This document shows, in pieces, positions 1 to 9,153 of a stretch of 24,832 nt of DNA. The stretch comes from Geosiphon pyriformis uo1. Taxonomy: Eukaryota; Fungi; Glomeromycota. The stretch lies in the NCBI GenBank assembly GCA_016748015.1, contig JAAOMT010000148.1, positions 1 to 24,832 on the forward strand. Reading direction: 5' to 3'. Under the pieces are notes generated by a model that ran no database searches, was not told the DNA's origin, and worked only from the letters and a program-made list of their open reading frames with translations. Every line of letters starts with the position of its first letter. Position 1 is the stretch's first letter. Made by a program: the position numbers and the translations under genes.

Positions 1-2
1 AA

Positions 3-341
3 TTGCCACCAGCTACCAACGAATTCAAAGTTGGAAATAAAGTTCTCTTACATAGAACTAAGGCTGAAAAACAATGGAGTGGAAAATTTGAACACAAATG
101 GGATGGACCATTTTATATACACGAAATACTAGGCAATGGATCATACAAGTTAAGACTTGATGACAAAATCCTAGCAAAAGTTGCACATGGAGACCGTTTG
201 AAACACTATCATTCCAGAACTAATCCTGAACCATTAATCCCACAAATTGGTACACATTCCCTTTTAATTAATCCTGAAGATATTCCACGAAATTTAGAAC
301 CAATAATTATAATAGAACAACAACCAAACTTGAACACTTAA
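3..341 (+). CDS. pol: C-terminal end of gypsy Pol (integrase GPY/F, SH3-like region); 5' truncated by the window edge
   Basis: FKVGNKVLL...KFEHKWDGPFYIHEILGNGSYKL...VAHGDRLKHY matches the gypsy integrase tail (F.VG..V, KW.GP[FY], H..RLK.Y). The TTG 'start' is an internal Leu. Confidence 0.9.
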   Translation: MPPATNEFKVGNKVLLHRTKAEKQWSGKFEHKWDGPFYIHEILGNGSYKLRLDDKILAKVAHGDRLKHYHSRTNPEPLIPQIGTHSLLINPEDIPRNLEPIIIIEQQPNLNT

Positions 342-474
342 TTTAGCATATTATAACCCCTTTAATAATACAGAAAAAAAATAGTAAATAAATTCAAAAG
401 AAAACCCAAAACCAAAAACAAATAAAAACCCTATACCCAAAAATAATTTCTTTATTCTTTTAGTCATTTTTATC

Positions 475-1182
475 ATGAGTATCCCCCGAAATATTCAACA
501 AATATCCCAAAAATTATTGTTAGCCTTGAGAACACTTCCTGACTTATCCATAACAATTAATGGAAGTCAAATTAATTACATTCAAAAAGAAACCCCAGCC
601 CCAGCAGTCAACAATTCTCAGAATTATCACTCTTATAGAAGAAAAACTAGAAGTCAGTCTGGAAAACAATTACCAGAACTTTTAGAGCAAGCGTTAAAAG
701 AAAACCTCTTATTTGCCCCTATTGACATTTCACCAAATACCACAATCCAACAAAAACTTCTACTACTGCTTAATGAACAAAACAATGAACATACCCTTAT
801 TTATAGATACTTTCATATTGGAAAAACACTTTATGAACGAAAACTGGAACTTGAAGCAACAAACCTCACTCCTGAAGCTATACAAAAACAAATTCATAAT
901 GAATTCAAGACAGCAGCTGGACCAACAAACACTCATTACAAACTTAGAGCAGCTTTTAGACTCTATAATTTGTTCAACACTTGCGAAAATGTCCTACAAA
1001 ACCCAATACTTCAACAAATGAAGATTCAGTATATTGGAAAACTCACAGAACTGAAATTTCAACAATTTTCAGACCAGATCACTTCAATCAATTTTGACTA
1101 CTATCTTAATACCACAGATAGTGCTTGGACTTTGACGGAGCTCAGTCTTGAGGAGGAGATTATGTTACCAGTAGAATTTTAG
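475..1182 (+). CDS. Accessory ORF3 (235 aa, function unknown) between pol and the 3' LTR
   Basis: ATG start, uninterrupted 708-nt frame, and a decayed homologue at ~8625-9153 in the same position of a sister element. It runs through the PPT and stops 20 nt inside the LTR. Confidence 0.85.
   Translation: MSIPRNIQQISQKLLLALRTLPDLSITINGSQINYIQKETPAPAVNNSQNYHSYRRKTRSQSGKQLPELLEQALKENLLFAPIDISPNTTIQQKLLLLLNEQNNEHTLIYRYFHIGKTLYERKLELEATNLTPEAIQKQIHNEFKTAAGPTNTHYKLRAAFRLYNLFNTCENVLQNPILQQMKIQYIGKLTELKFQQFSDQITSINFDYYLNTTDSAWTLTELSLEEEIMLPVEF
1150..1159 (+). other. Polypurine tract (plus-strand primer)
   Basis: GAGGAGGAGA lies 3 nt upstream of the LTR-start TG at 1163. Confidence 0.85.
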
Positions 1183-1370
1183 CTATTAATTAGCATGAAA
1201 TTTTCTTTATAATTCCTATCATTAATTAGCATATATTATTATCGTTTCGAATTTCACTTATTAGTTAATCAAATTAGCAATTATCATCATTTAATCAATA
1301 ACCCGATTTGGACCATAGAAATTGAGATGATCAATTTACACAATACCCTGAACCATATAACATAGCAAAA

Positions 1371-1463
1371 ATTCGCCGAAATTAATGGAAATTGGCCGAA
1401 ATAATTCATAGTTCAGCGAAATAACTTGTAGTTCGCCGAAATGTATCTTTAGTTCACCGAAAT
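1371..1463 (+). repeat. U3 tandem array, 5 units of ~20 bp, core TTCGCCGAA
   Basis: Cores at 1371 ATTCGCCGAA, 1391 ATTGGCCGAA, 1411 GTTCAGCGAA, 1431 GTTCGCCGAA, 1452 GTTCACCGAA. Confidence 0.9.
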
Positions 1464-1514
1464 TCTAGAAAAGAGAAAAAGTGCAAGTTCAAAGACTAGT
1501 ACTACAACAAGTTG

Positions 1515-1627
1515 TATAAAAGAAGAGCTTCTCTCTTCAAGAAAATGTATCTTCTGATATCTTACCATAGTATCTTACTTTAGGTATCTTAATTAGAACA
1601 AATCACTTTTTACATATCTCAAATAAA
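1515..1627 (+). promoter_or_regulatory. Putative LTR TATA box (1515-1521) and poly(A) signal (1622-1627)
   Basis: TATAAAA sits just downstream of the array and AATAAA ~107 nt later. The order fits U3/R, but both motifs are common in AT-rich DNA. Confidence 0.55.
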
Positions 1628-2132
1628 AATTAAATATTCGAAAACCAAATCCTTTGATTATTACACTTGAAATTCTCTCAACACAACTAACATTTTGAAA
1701 TTGATTAGCTACCAATTTCAGTAATCTGTTAGTGACTCCAGGCCTGGATAGAAAACGTTTCCTTGACAAAATTCTATTTCTTTACGTTTCTGTTATTTTT
1801 CCTCTTTCTTTTCTTATCATAATCATTTGAGTAGCCTACAGACAAGATTCCTGTAAAAGAATTGACTTTCACAGCAAAGTAACTACACATTTTTAGTGAG
1901 CTTCCAGACGAGCAATTCCTGGGAAAGAGTTGACGTTTACTACAACATAACTACATAAAGTAACTGGCACGGAATTGGCCATTCCACTTATAAGCCCAGC
2001 GGTTCAAATTATAGGAGATAATTTGAAGATAAATTCAGTTATCGAAGGTTCAACTACTTCCTCTAGTCGTGAATAAACAGCAAAACAACATCAACAACCT
2101 TCAAGAAAAGAGACCAAAAACCTCGGGTAACA

Positions 2133-3420
2133 GTGTAAAGTTTTTGGTGATAACAAATCACCAAGCTTTGGTTTGGCTGCGCAACAAGAAAAGACTAAAA
2201 CATAAATGGATAGCCTGCTGGATACTCTATTTGGATGAATTTGACTATAATATTCAACACCATAAAGAAGCTAATCATCAAAACACTGACACTTTCTCCA
2301 GACTTACCACCAAGTGACAATACAACCTCTCAAACCAAACTAACCTAATTATTAGTAATTTTCTTATAACCAAACACAATAATGGACTTGGACAACTACT
2401 CTGCCTTAATAGAATTTTTGGGTAAAGGACAATATCCACCGGAATACACTCAACAGCAAAAAAAACATTTGTGCAAACAATCAAATTTTTATTTGATTCA
2501 CCAGAACCAATTATACAAAAGAAATAGAAAAGATCCTAACTGCCCCAAAGAATCATAAGATTTGAAGAAAGAGAAATTGTGATTTACAATATGCACACTG
2601 ATCCATTAGCTGGACACTTTGGAAAAACAAAAACAATTCAGAAAACTCTAGCTCGCTATTATTGGCCTATCTTAGAAAAAAACATTGCTGAGTACATCAA
2701 AACCTGTAATACCTGCCAAAAAAAAGGAAAACCCAATTGCAAAGAAAACATTCATCCAATTTCTGTTGGCCAACTCTTTGACAGAATTGGTATAGATGTT
2801 GTTGGACCATTAACAGTAACTCCTAATGACAACAGATATATTATCACAGCCACTGACTATCTTACAAAGTGAGTAGAAGCAAGAGCCACCCCAGATCAAA
2901 CAGCAGTTTCCATTGCTAATTTCATTTATGAAGATATCATTTGTCACTATGGCTGCCCCAAAGAACTTTTATCTGATAAAAGAAGAGCTTTTCTTAGTAC
3001 ACTGGTTGAAGAACTTTGTAGAAAAATGGAAATATGTCACAAACTTTCCTTCCCTTATTACCCCCAAACAAATGGCCTAGTAGAACGTTTTAATAAAACA
3101 CTGTATAAAACCTTAGCCAAAACAAGTAAAGAAACAAACTTATGGGACAAAGTACTGCTTTCAGCTTTGTTTGCTTATAGGACTGTGAATTATGACATAA
3201 CAAGTTATAAACTCTTTTATCTGCTCTATGGACAAATGGCAACACTACCAATAGAAACTGATATTGAGACAATACTCTTTAAAGAAATTACAATAGGGAA
3301 TTACAAAGACATTTTGCAAAGAAGACTTGGTACTATTTTTGACTCATTAGTAGAGGCATAAATAATTGCCTTTGAAAAAATAAAACAGTTCCAAGAGAAG
3401 CTTAAGAAAAAGAAAACCTA
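2133..3420 (+). pseudogene. pol: Older gypsy pol remnant (element B): RNase H end, integrase H2C2 zinc domain, rve core
   Basis: KFLVITNHQALVWL...WILYLDEFDYNIQH...NTDTFSRL (RNase H); HTDPLAGHFG...YYWP...CNTCQ (HHCC); IGIDVVGPL, TDYLTK*VEA, YPQTNGLVERFNKTL (rve). Contains stops and frameshifts. Confidence 0.93.
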
Positions 3421-3424
3421 TAAC

Positions 3425-4291
3425 TTAATACAAAAAATTTGTAAACTGTTAAAAGACTCTTATTATTATCTTATCATTTCTAAACAAATAGATTAATGAA
3501 ACATTTTAACCAAATATTGTATAAATTATTAGCCAAAGTCTTAACTAAATTTGAACAGAAATAGAATATCTTTATTTTATTAATATTATTAGTATATAAA
3601 ACATAAAAACAAAATATTATAAAACACACACTCTTTAATTTAACCTATAAAAGAACAGTAATATTACCAATTAACTTCACAGTAAAAACATATTTAGTGC
3701 AGCCAATTAACAAAAAATACTTTTAAAAAATACTTTAATAAAGAGTCTATATTCTGTTTAATACTTTAAAAAAAAAAAAACAAATAGCAACTACTTATAT
3801 TAAATACTTTTAAGCTTAACAATAAAAATGACATGACAACAAATTGCTGTCAATTACTAATAAATTCAAAATTGAAAACAAAGTTTTTTTATACAGAACT
3901 AAGACTAAAAAACAATGAAATAGAAAATTCAAGCATAAATAAAATAGATTATTTTATATTTACAAAATTTTAAATAATAAATTATATAAGTTAAGACTTA
4001 ATAACTAAGTTCCAGCTAAAGTTATACATGAAAATTGATTGAAGTACTATTATTTTAGAACCAATTTTGAACCATTAATTTCACAAATTGGTACATATTT
4101 CTTTTTAATTAATTTTGAAGATATTTTCTAATATTTAGAATCAATAATTATAATAAAACAATAACTAAACCTAAATATTTAATTTACTATTATTATAATA
4201 TTTTTTTAATAATACACAAATATAAAAACAAAAATAGTAAATAATTACAAAAAAAATATCTCTTTAAAACCAAAAAAATATAAAAACTCTA
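3425..4291 (+). pseudogene. pol: Element C, left part: hypermutated integrase C-terminal half and spacer of family A
   Basis: 3842-4182 is collinear with 1-341 (offset 3841). Upstream, YHF*TNRLMKHFNQIL is a decayed YHPQTNGLVERFNQTL, a second integrase core distinct from that of B. Confidence 0.9.
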
Positions 4292-4432
4292 CAGTGAACT
4301 CTCTTTATAATCACACCTTTTGGTCAGCATATTTTTGGTAACTATAGAGAGATAGAACTATAAAAAATGATTAATATCTTATCATATAATCTATATATCA
4401 CATGTATAATATAATAACTAATTATATATATT

Positions 4433-5988
4433 TTATTTAAAAAAGCTATCTATTTGCAATTGTTTTTTTTTTTCTTGAACTTTGAGAACAGTATTACAAA
4501 TTAATGTTCTTAAAGTTTTAAAAAAGTTTGAACTAACTTTTTTACTATACTGCTCTTTACAATAGTGCAATGTATTTTTAAGTGCAGTTTTACCTTGATG
4601 TGTAGATAGCAAAGACAAAAGTTCATCTTCATCTTCACTTTCTAAATTTTTATTTGCATTAGAATTTTCACTATACTTGTTGTTAATAAGATTTACAATT
4701 TCATTTTCTGAGAAATAAGTGAATAATGGTTCAAACTTGTCAATATTAATGAAGTCTATTGCCAATAGCTTGTCAATATCAACATGCTCAATAAGAACTT
4801 GTACTTCTTATAAGAATTCTTGTTTAATATTTAATAGATGGGCTGGCATTTGACTATTATTCAGAATTCCCATATGACACCAACAGTTTTGGATTGTAGT
4901 TGTTATTACTGCTGACCATGCATCAATTAGAAAGTCAACCATATCCTTTAATGTTACTGTTAATATTGAAATCTTGTCATCATACTAATTAATAAGATAA
5001 AAAAGAAACAACTTTCAATATTGTGCCTTAAAAGATACAATAATTCTTGTATCTAATAATTGCAAATGGGATATTGTATTGGATAGTAGATATCTAATTA
5101 TAATATTAGATAATATAGAAGATTTTCTACTATGAAGACCAGCATTATCAAGCAATAGCAAAATCTTTTTTTTCTTGTGATGCATTTTTTATTTAATAAA
5201 TTAAGCCATTTACTAAAAATATTGGTTTACATTCATGCTTTTGTATTGTAATAATATGTGATTAGAAGTGCATTCATATTAATATTGTAAAAACATTGTG
5301 GCTTTGCAGCTTTGCCAATAATTAAAGACTGCAACTTGATGCCTGTTGCATTACAAGCAAGAAGTATGATAATTTGACTCTTATTATGCTTGGTGCTAAA
5401 AGTAGATCTTGTTGCCAAAGTTGTATTTGGTGGTATTCTAAAAAATATTGCTGTCTTATCAGCATTGTAAACATCATTTAGATCATATTTGCTGATAATC
5501 TCATGCAGTTTCTTTTATTCCTTTGGTGAAATTTCCAAGGGGGCACTGTTTGCTTCATTATGCATCTTAATATAGTGCAAATTATGACGTTTCTTGAACT
5601 TTTCTAATCAACCATTTGATGCTTTAAAGTTATTTTCTTCTGGAAACTTTTTAGCAAACTTAAGGGCTTTTGTTTGTAAAATTTTTCTAGTAAGAATGCA
5701 GTTAGTAGCTAGTGCTCCAAGCATCTATTCTCCTAGTGCATCATTTATCTTTGGAAACATCTCTTTCCTGTCTTTTGTCAATTGACCAGAGTTGCCAAAT
5801 ACATTTTTTTCAATTTATTGGTCTGATTTTGCAAGTAACTTTGTTACAGTAGAGCAGTCAACTTTTAGATTAAATATTTTGATAAGTCTATTTGCTGAGT
5901 AGTTAAGATGCTTTAGTTTGTACTGACAGAGAGCTTTTCTAGTCTCCAAGGAGATTGCTGCTTGCTTTTGGTTTGCATTTTTTAGCAT
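4433..5988 (-). pseudogene. pogo/Tigger transposase (CENP-B-like HTH + DDE_1), inactivated
   Basis: ATG at 5988. Motifs FKASNG*LEKFKKRH, VYNADKT (from DET), LLACNATG, LLLLDNA, LQLLD (from LQPLD) and a C-terminal QLQIDSFF. Several stops and frameshifts. Confidence 0.93.
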
Positions 5989-6156
5989 GTTAATAAGAAC
6001 ACACTTTTTATTGTATTTTGCTTTTATAATGTATTAATGTATCTGTTATGTCTCAAACATCATTTTGCTTTATATTTAATCGGACATGTAAGATGTCTTA
6101 TATCATATAAAGTGCCTCAGATTATAAAAAGCAGCCAAATTATAAAAATGAAGATT

Positions 6157-6369
6157 TTAATCTAACTGTAGGATTCTAAGTGCAAATGACAGATTTTCAG
6201 TAAAAAAAAACCTAATTTCGATAATGCATCTGCAATACTTTTTGTCTCTTACCTCTAACTGATAATTAATAATGAAGGCTGTTAATTTAATCCTCTGTAT
6301 ACTTGCATAATTGCATAGAAGATAGCACAATGTTATGTTGTCAAGCCTCCCAAACACAGCAATGCCTAT
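6157..6369 (-). pseudogene. Captured N-terminal fragment of a PP-loop ATPase (TilS / tRNA(Ile)-lysidine synthase-like)
   Basis: IGIAVFGRLDNITLCYLL...KLTAFIINYQL...ILQLD* reverts by T>C and A>G changes alone to IGIAVSGGLDSMALCYLL...KLTAFIVDHQL...ILQLDW. Confidence 0.72.
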
Positions 6370-6371
6370 AT

Positions 6372-7430
6372 CAATTAGAATATTGATATAAAATACTTTG
6401 TACAATGTCAGGAATATCAGAGTGAAAGTCAATTGCAGTTTTTTAAAAAATGTTCTAATCATTATAAGTCATGGAATTTAATATGTAATATATATAAGCA
6501 TGCAATGGCTTCCAAATTAATGTGGTTATATGTTGTTTCTAAGAAAAATCCCATCTGTTGAAGATTACTTAGAATGGGCCCAAAATAAAACAGATCCTAT
6601 GTTCAGGTTAAAGTATAAATAAGTCTTTTTTTATTTACAAGCAATTATTAACTTTTACACTGGAGTTCGTTTCAATAGGTCTTCATTAAGACTTATGGCT
6701 AGATAAATGTTTGCACCAATTTGGTTTTTTCGGTGCTATTTTATTTACCAATTAATTAAAATTGCTGATAAAGAACATAACTACAATTGAAGCCTAAAGT
6801 TTGCAAGCTGATTCAAGAAAGAATTGTAATTTTTCAATCTAAACTTTTAAATCAACATTAAAGCCATGATGCAATACTTGAAAAAATTAACAAAATGCTC
6901 AAATCGTTAATTTTTTCTACACCTTTACAATAACATTGAAAAATTGCAGTGCATAACTGTATCAAATTTGAAAAATTGCATACTTATTTCTTTAATATTA
7001 TCAGATATTCTAAAAGTGAAATATACAGGTCTCATACATGTCCCAATTTTATTACTGAATCAAATCGATTTTGAGTTCAGATAAAAAAAACACAGTTTGT
7101 AAATCCAAATGTTTTTAATCATGTTTTTTGTAATATTGGCCATAAATAGATATTAAGTAAAAAAATAAAAAAATTTAGTAAAATTGCACGAATGAAAAGA
7201 ATAGACTTTTTTAAAACAAAACAAATTAAGAAAACATTGTTAGGTACTTGGAAACCAATTCTAGTAACAAATGAAGAAGCAGATCATCAAAAAAATATAA
7301 ATCTGTTAATAAAATCACAACTATTATTTATTATTAATTCTCTAATACCTCTTTTAAGTGATCATGTTTTCAAAGCTTATCAAGTTAATTGTGTAACAGC
7401 CTAATAAATATTTTTTAAGAAGTTAGAAAT
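6372..7430 (+). pseudogene. C-terminal fragment of a large hypothetical (possibly transposase-derived) protein
   Basis: Protein-like decayed frames (IDIKYFVQCQ, PSVEDYLEWAQ, YLQAIINF, SHDAILEKINKMLKSLI) continue into ORF 7192-7404. Resemblance to a multicopy Glomeromycota hypothetical family is from recall only. Confidence 0.55.
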
Positions 7431-8000
7431 ATATTGTATTGTGTACAGTTTTGTTTACATTGGGTTGGATGTATTATCATTTATAATTGACATTTTTAAA
7501 ACATAATATGTTGAATTTAGATGCAAATCTCCATTCTGCATGATTATGTTTGGATTATGAAAAGCATTTAACATGGATTTATTTGCCCCAAAAAAGTTGA
7601 TTTTTAATATATCTTTAAAATTATCAATCAAACTTTTACTCGCTAATACTAAATATTGGTTAAATAATGAATATGATTGCTAGTATAGAGCCCTTTTTTA
7701 ATTACAAATGCCAAAGTTGGTGTGAAAATGTATTTATTGGGTATATATCAGAATTTTTATGCTCTGAGTTTTATTATTAGTCATATTTCTCTTTCTAAGA
7801 AAAGGTAAATTCAAACTTCATTTCCAATTGATTTGCTTGAACAATGTCTTATTAACAAACTTATTTCCGAAAGATCCTATTGGACCATTATTCTTGCTTG
7901 TAGATCTGTTAATTCTTTTTCCCAATATAGAAAAAAAGTAATCTTATTAGCCAAAATTTGATCCAGAGTAACTTCATCAATACCTACAGCAACAGCCTTC

Positions 8001-8043
8001 AAAGCATTACTAGTCTCTAAAGCACTACTAGTCTCCAAAGCAC
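8001..8043. repeat. 18-bp tandem repeat (2.4 copies) in pogo cargo
   Basis: AAAGCATTACTAGTCTCT / AAAGCACTACTAGTCTCC / AAAGCAC; encodes ALETSS-ALETSN-AL in ORF 7877-8110(-). Confidence 0.8.
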
Positions 8044-8368
8044 CAAGAGCAGCAGTATTGTACCATATATCAACTATTATTAAAACTCTTATAATATTCA
8101 CAAATAACAAGTCAAATATAATAGTTCTGTCATTGTCTTCTAATGATAATGACAGCTTATAAAGAAGAAGAGTAATTGAATGTTATAATATTTCAGAAAT
8201 TTTGTTTAGTGTTCTATAATTGTTTTCAGAAACTTTTTTAATTTTTTTTACTATCATAAAAAGAATGATTTCCATTGACAAATCAGAAAATCTCCCTGAC
8301 TGTACATGTTCAATTAAATATGAGATGACATCTAATGTTCATATCTAATATTATATGATTATAGTGTA

Positions 8369-8548
8369 ACTATAGAGAGTAGAAATTACTTATATTCTGC
8401 TATCATATTTGTGGAAATAGGGACTATAAAGAGATATATATAGTAAAAATGACTATAAAGAGATAATATTATATATAAATGGTTTTGGTTTTTAAAAAAA
8501 TGTGATTATAAGAACATAGTAACTATAACCAGAAAAACTATAAAGAAA
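8369..8548. repeat. Subterminal ACTATARAGAGA repeats of the pogo element
   Basis: Copies at 8369, 8423, 8452, 8522 (partial) and 8537, plus 4341 and 4357 at the other end. The motif equals the inner half of the TIR. Confidence 0.8.
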
Positions 8549-8556
8549 GTTCACTG

Positions 8557-9153
8557 TATATCCAAAATATTTCTTTATTTTTTAAATTTTTTTAAATTTT
8601 AGTCTTAATTTAATTACTTTTATTATAATTATTCTTTAAAACATTTAACAAATGTCTTAAAAATTAATAATAATATTAAAAACACTTTTTGACTTACTTA
8701 TAATAATTAATAAAAGTTAAATTAATTATACTTAAAAGAAAACTATAATGTTAGTAATAAATAATTTTCAAAATTATTACTTTTATAGAAGGAATACAAG
8801 AAATTCTTCTAGAATTCAATTGTCAGAACTTTTGAAGCAAGCTTTAAAAAAAAATTTTATTTGTTTCTATTGATATTTTACCAAATATCACAACTTAACA
8901 AAAACTTTAACTATAAATTAATAAACAAAGCCATGAATATATATCACTATTTTTAGATATTTTTATATTAAAAAACATTTTATGAACAAAAACTAAAATT
9001 TGAAACAATTAATCTTACTTTTAAAATAATATAAAAATAAATTCACAATAAATTCAAGACAACAGCTAAATCAATAAATACTTATTACAAACTTAGAGCA
9101 GTTTTTAGACTCTATAATTTATTTAATACTTGTAAAAATGTCTTAAAAATTCA
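8557..9153 (+). pseudogene. Element C, right part: decayed ORF3 homologue, truncated before PPT/LTR
   Basis: Collinear with ~432-1005. ATG>ATA at 8625; TTACAAACTTAGAGCAG.TTTTAGACTCTATAATTT is shared with 936-971. Confidence 0.92.

Larger units (their letters stand above)
1..2132 (+). mobile_element. 3' part of a young Ty3/gypsy LTR retrotransposon (element A): integrase end, ORF3, PPT, 3' LTR
   Basis: Open frames and retained CpGs. Integrase C-terminal motif, then an extra ORF, the purine tract GAGGAGGAGA and an LTR bounded by TGTTACC...GGTAACA. Confidence 0.93.
1163..2132 (+). repeat. 3' LTR of element A (970 bp)
   Basis: Perfect 7-bp terminal inverted repeat TGTTACC (1163-1169) / GGTAACA (2126-2132). 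Preceded by the PPT and followed abruptly by mid-RNase H coding sequence of another element. Confidence 0.92.
4292..8556 (-). mobile_element. pogo/Tigger (Tc1/mariner superfamily) DNA transposon, 4265 bp, with internal cargo
   Basis: TIRs CAGTGAACTCTCTTTATAAT / ACTATAAAGAAAGTTCACTG (18/20 match). TA duplication at 4290-4291 and 8557-8558. The flanks rejoin to match the empty site in element A (AAAACCC-TA-TACCCAAAA, ~425-442). Confidence 0.95.

Noticed and set aside
713-1021. 102-aa ORF
   Set aside because: Alternative frame inside ORF3 with no motif and no independent support.
475-1182. env gene
   Set aside because: No signal peptide, transmembrane segment or furin/fusion motif seen.
1371-1463. 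CRISPR array (also considered for 14159-14256 and 15296-15452)
   Set aside because: Units are too short, there are no unique spacers or cas genes, and the context is a eukaryotic LTR.
2133-2150. tRNA primer-binding site
   Set aside because: No TGG start; this is a 3' LTR flanked by target DNA.
2069-2317. 82-aa ORF as a gene
   Set aside because: Chance fusion of the LTR end with B's RNase H frame across the insertion junction.
5594-5785. Short ORFs 2278-2484, 3090-3272, 5594-5785 and 11324-11512
   Set aside because: Antisense shadows of TE coding frames.
7440-7870. Additional cargo gene
   Set aside because: Protein-like frames are present, but no motif could be assigned.
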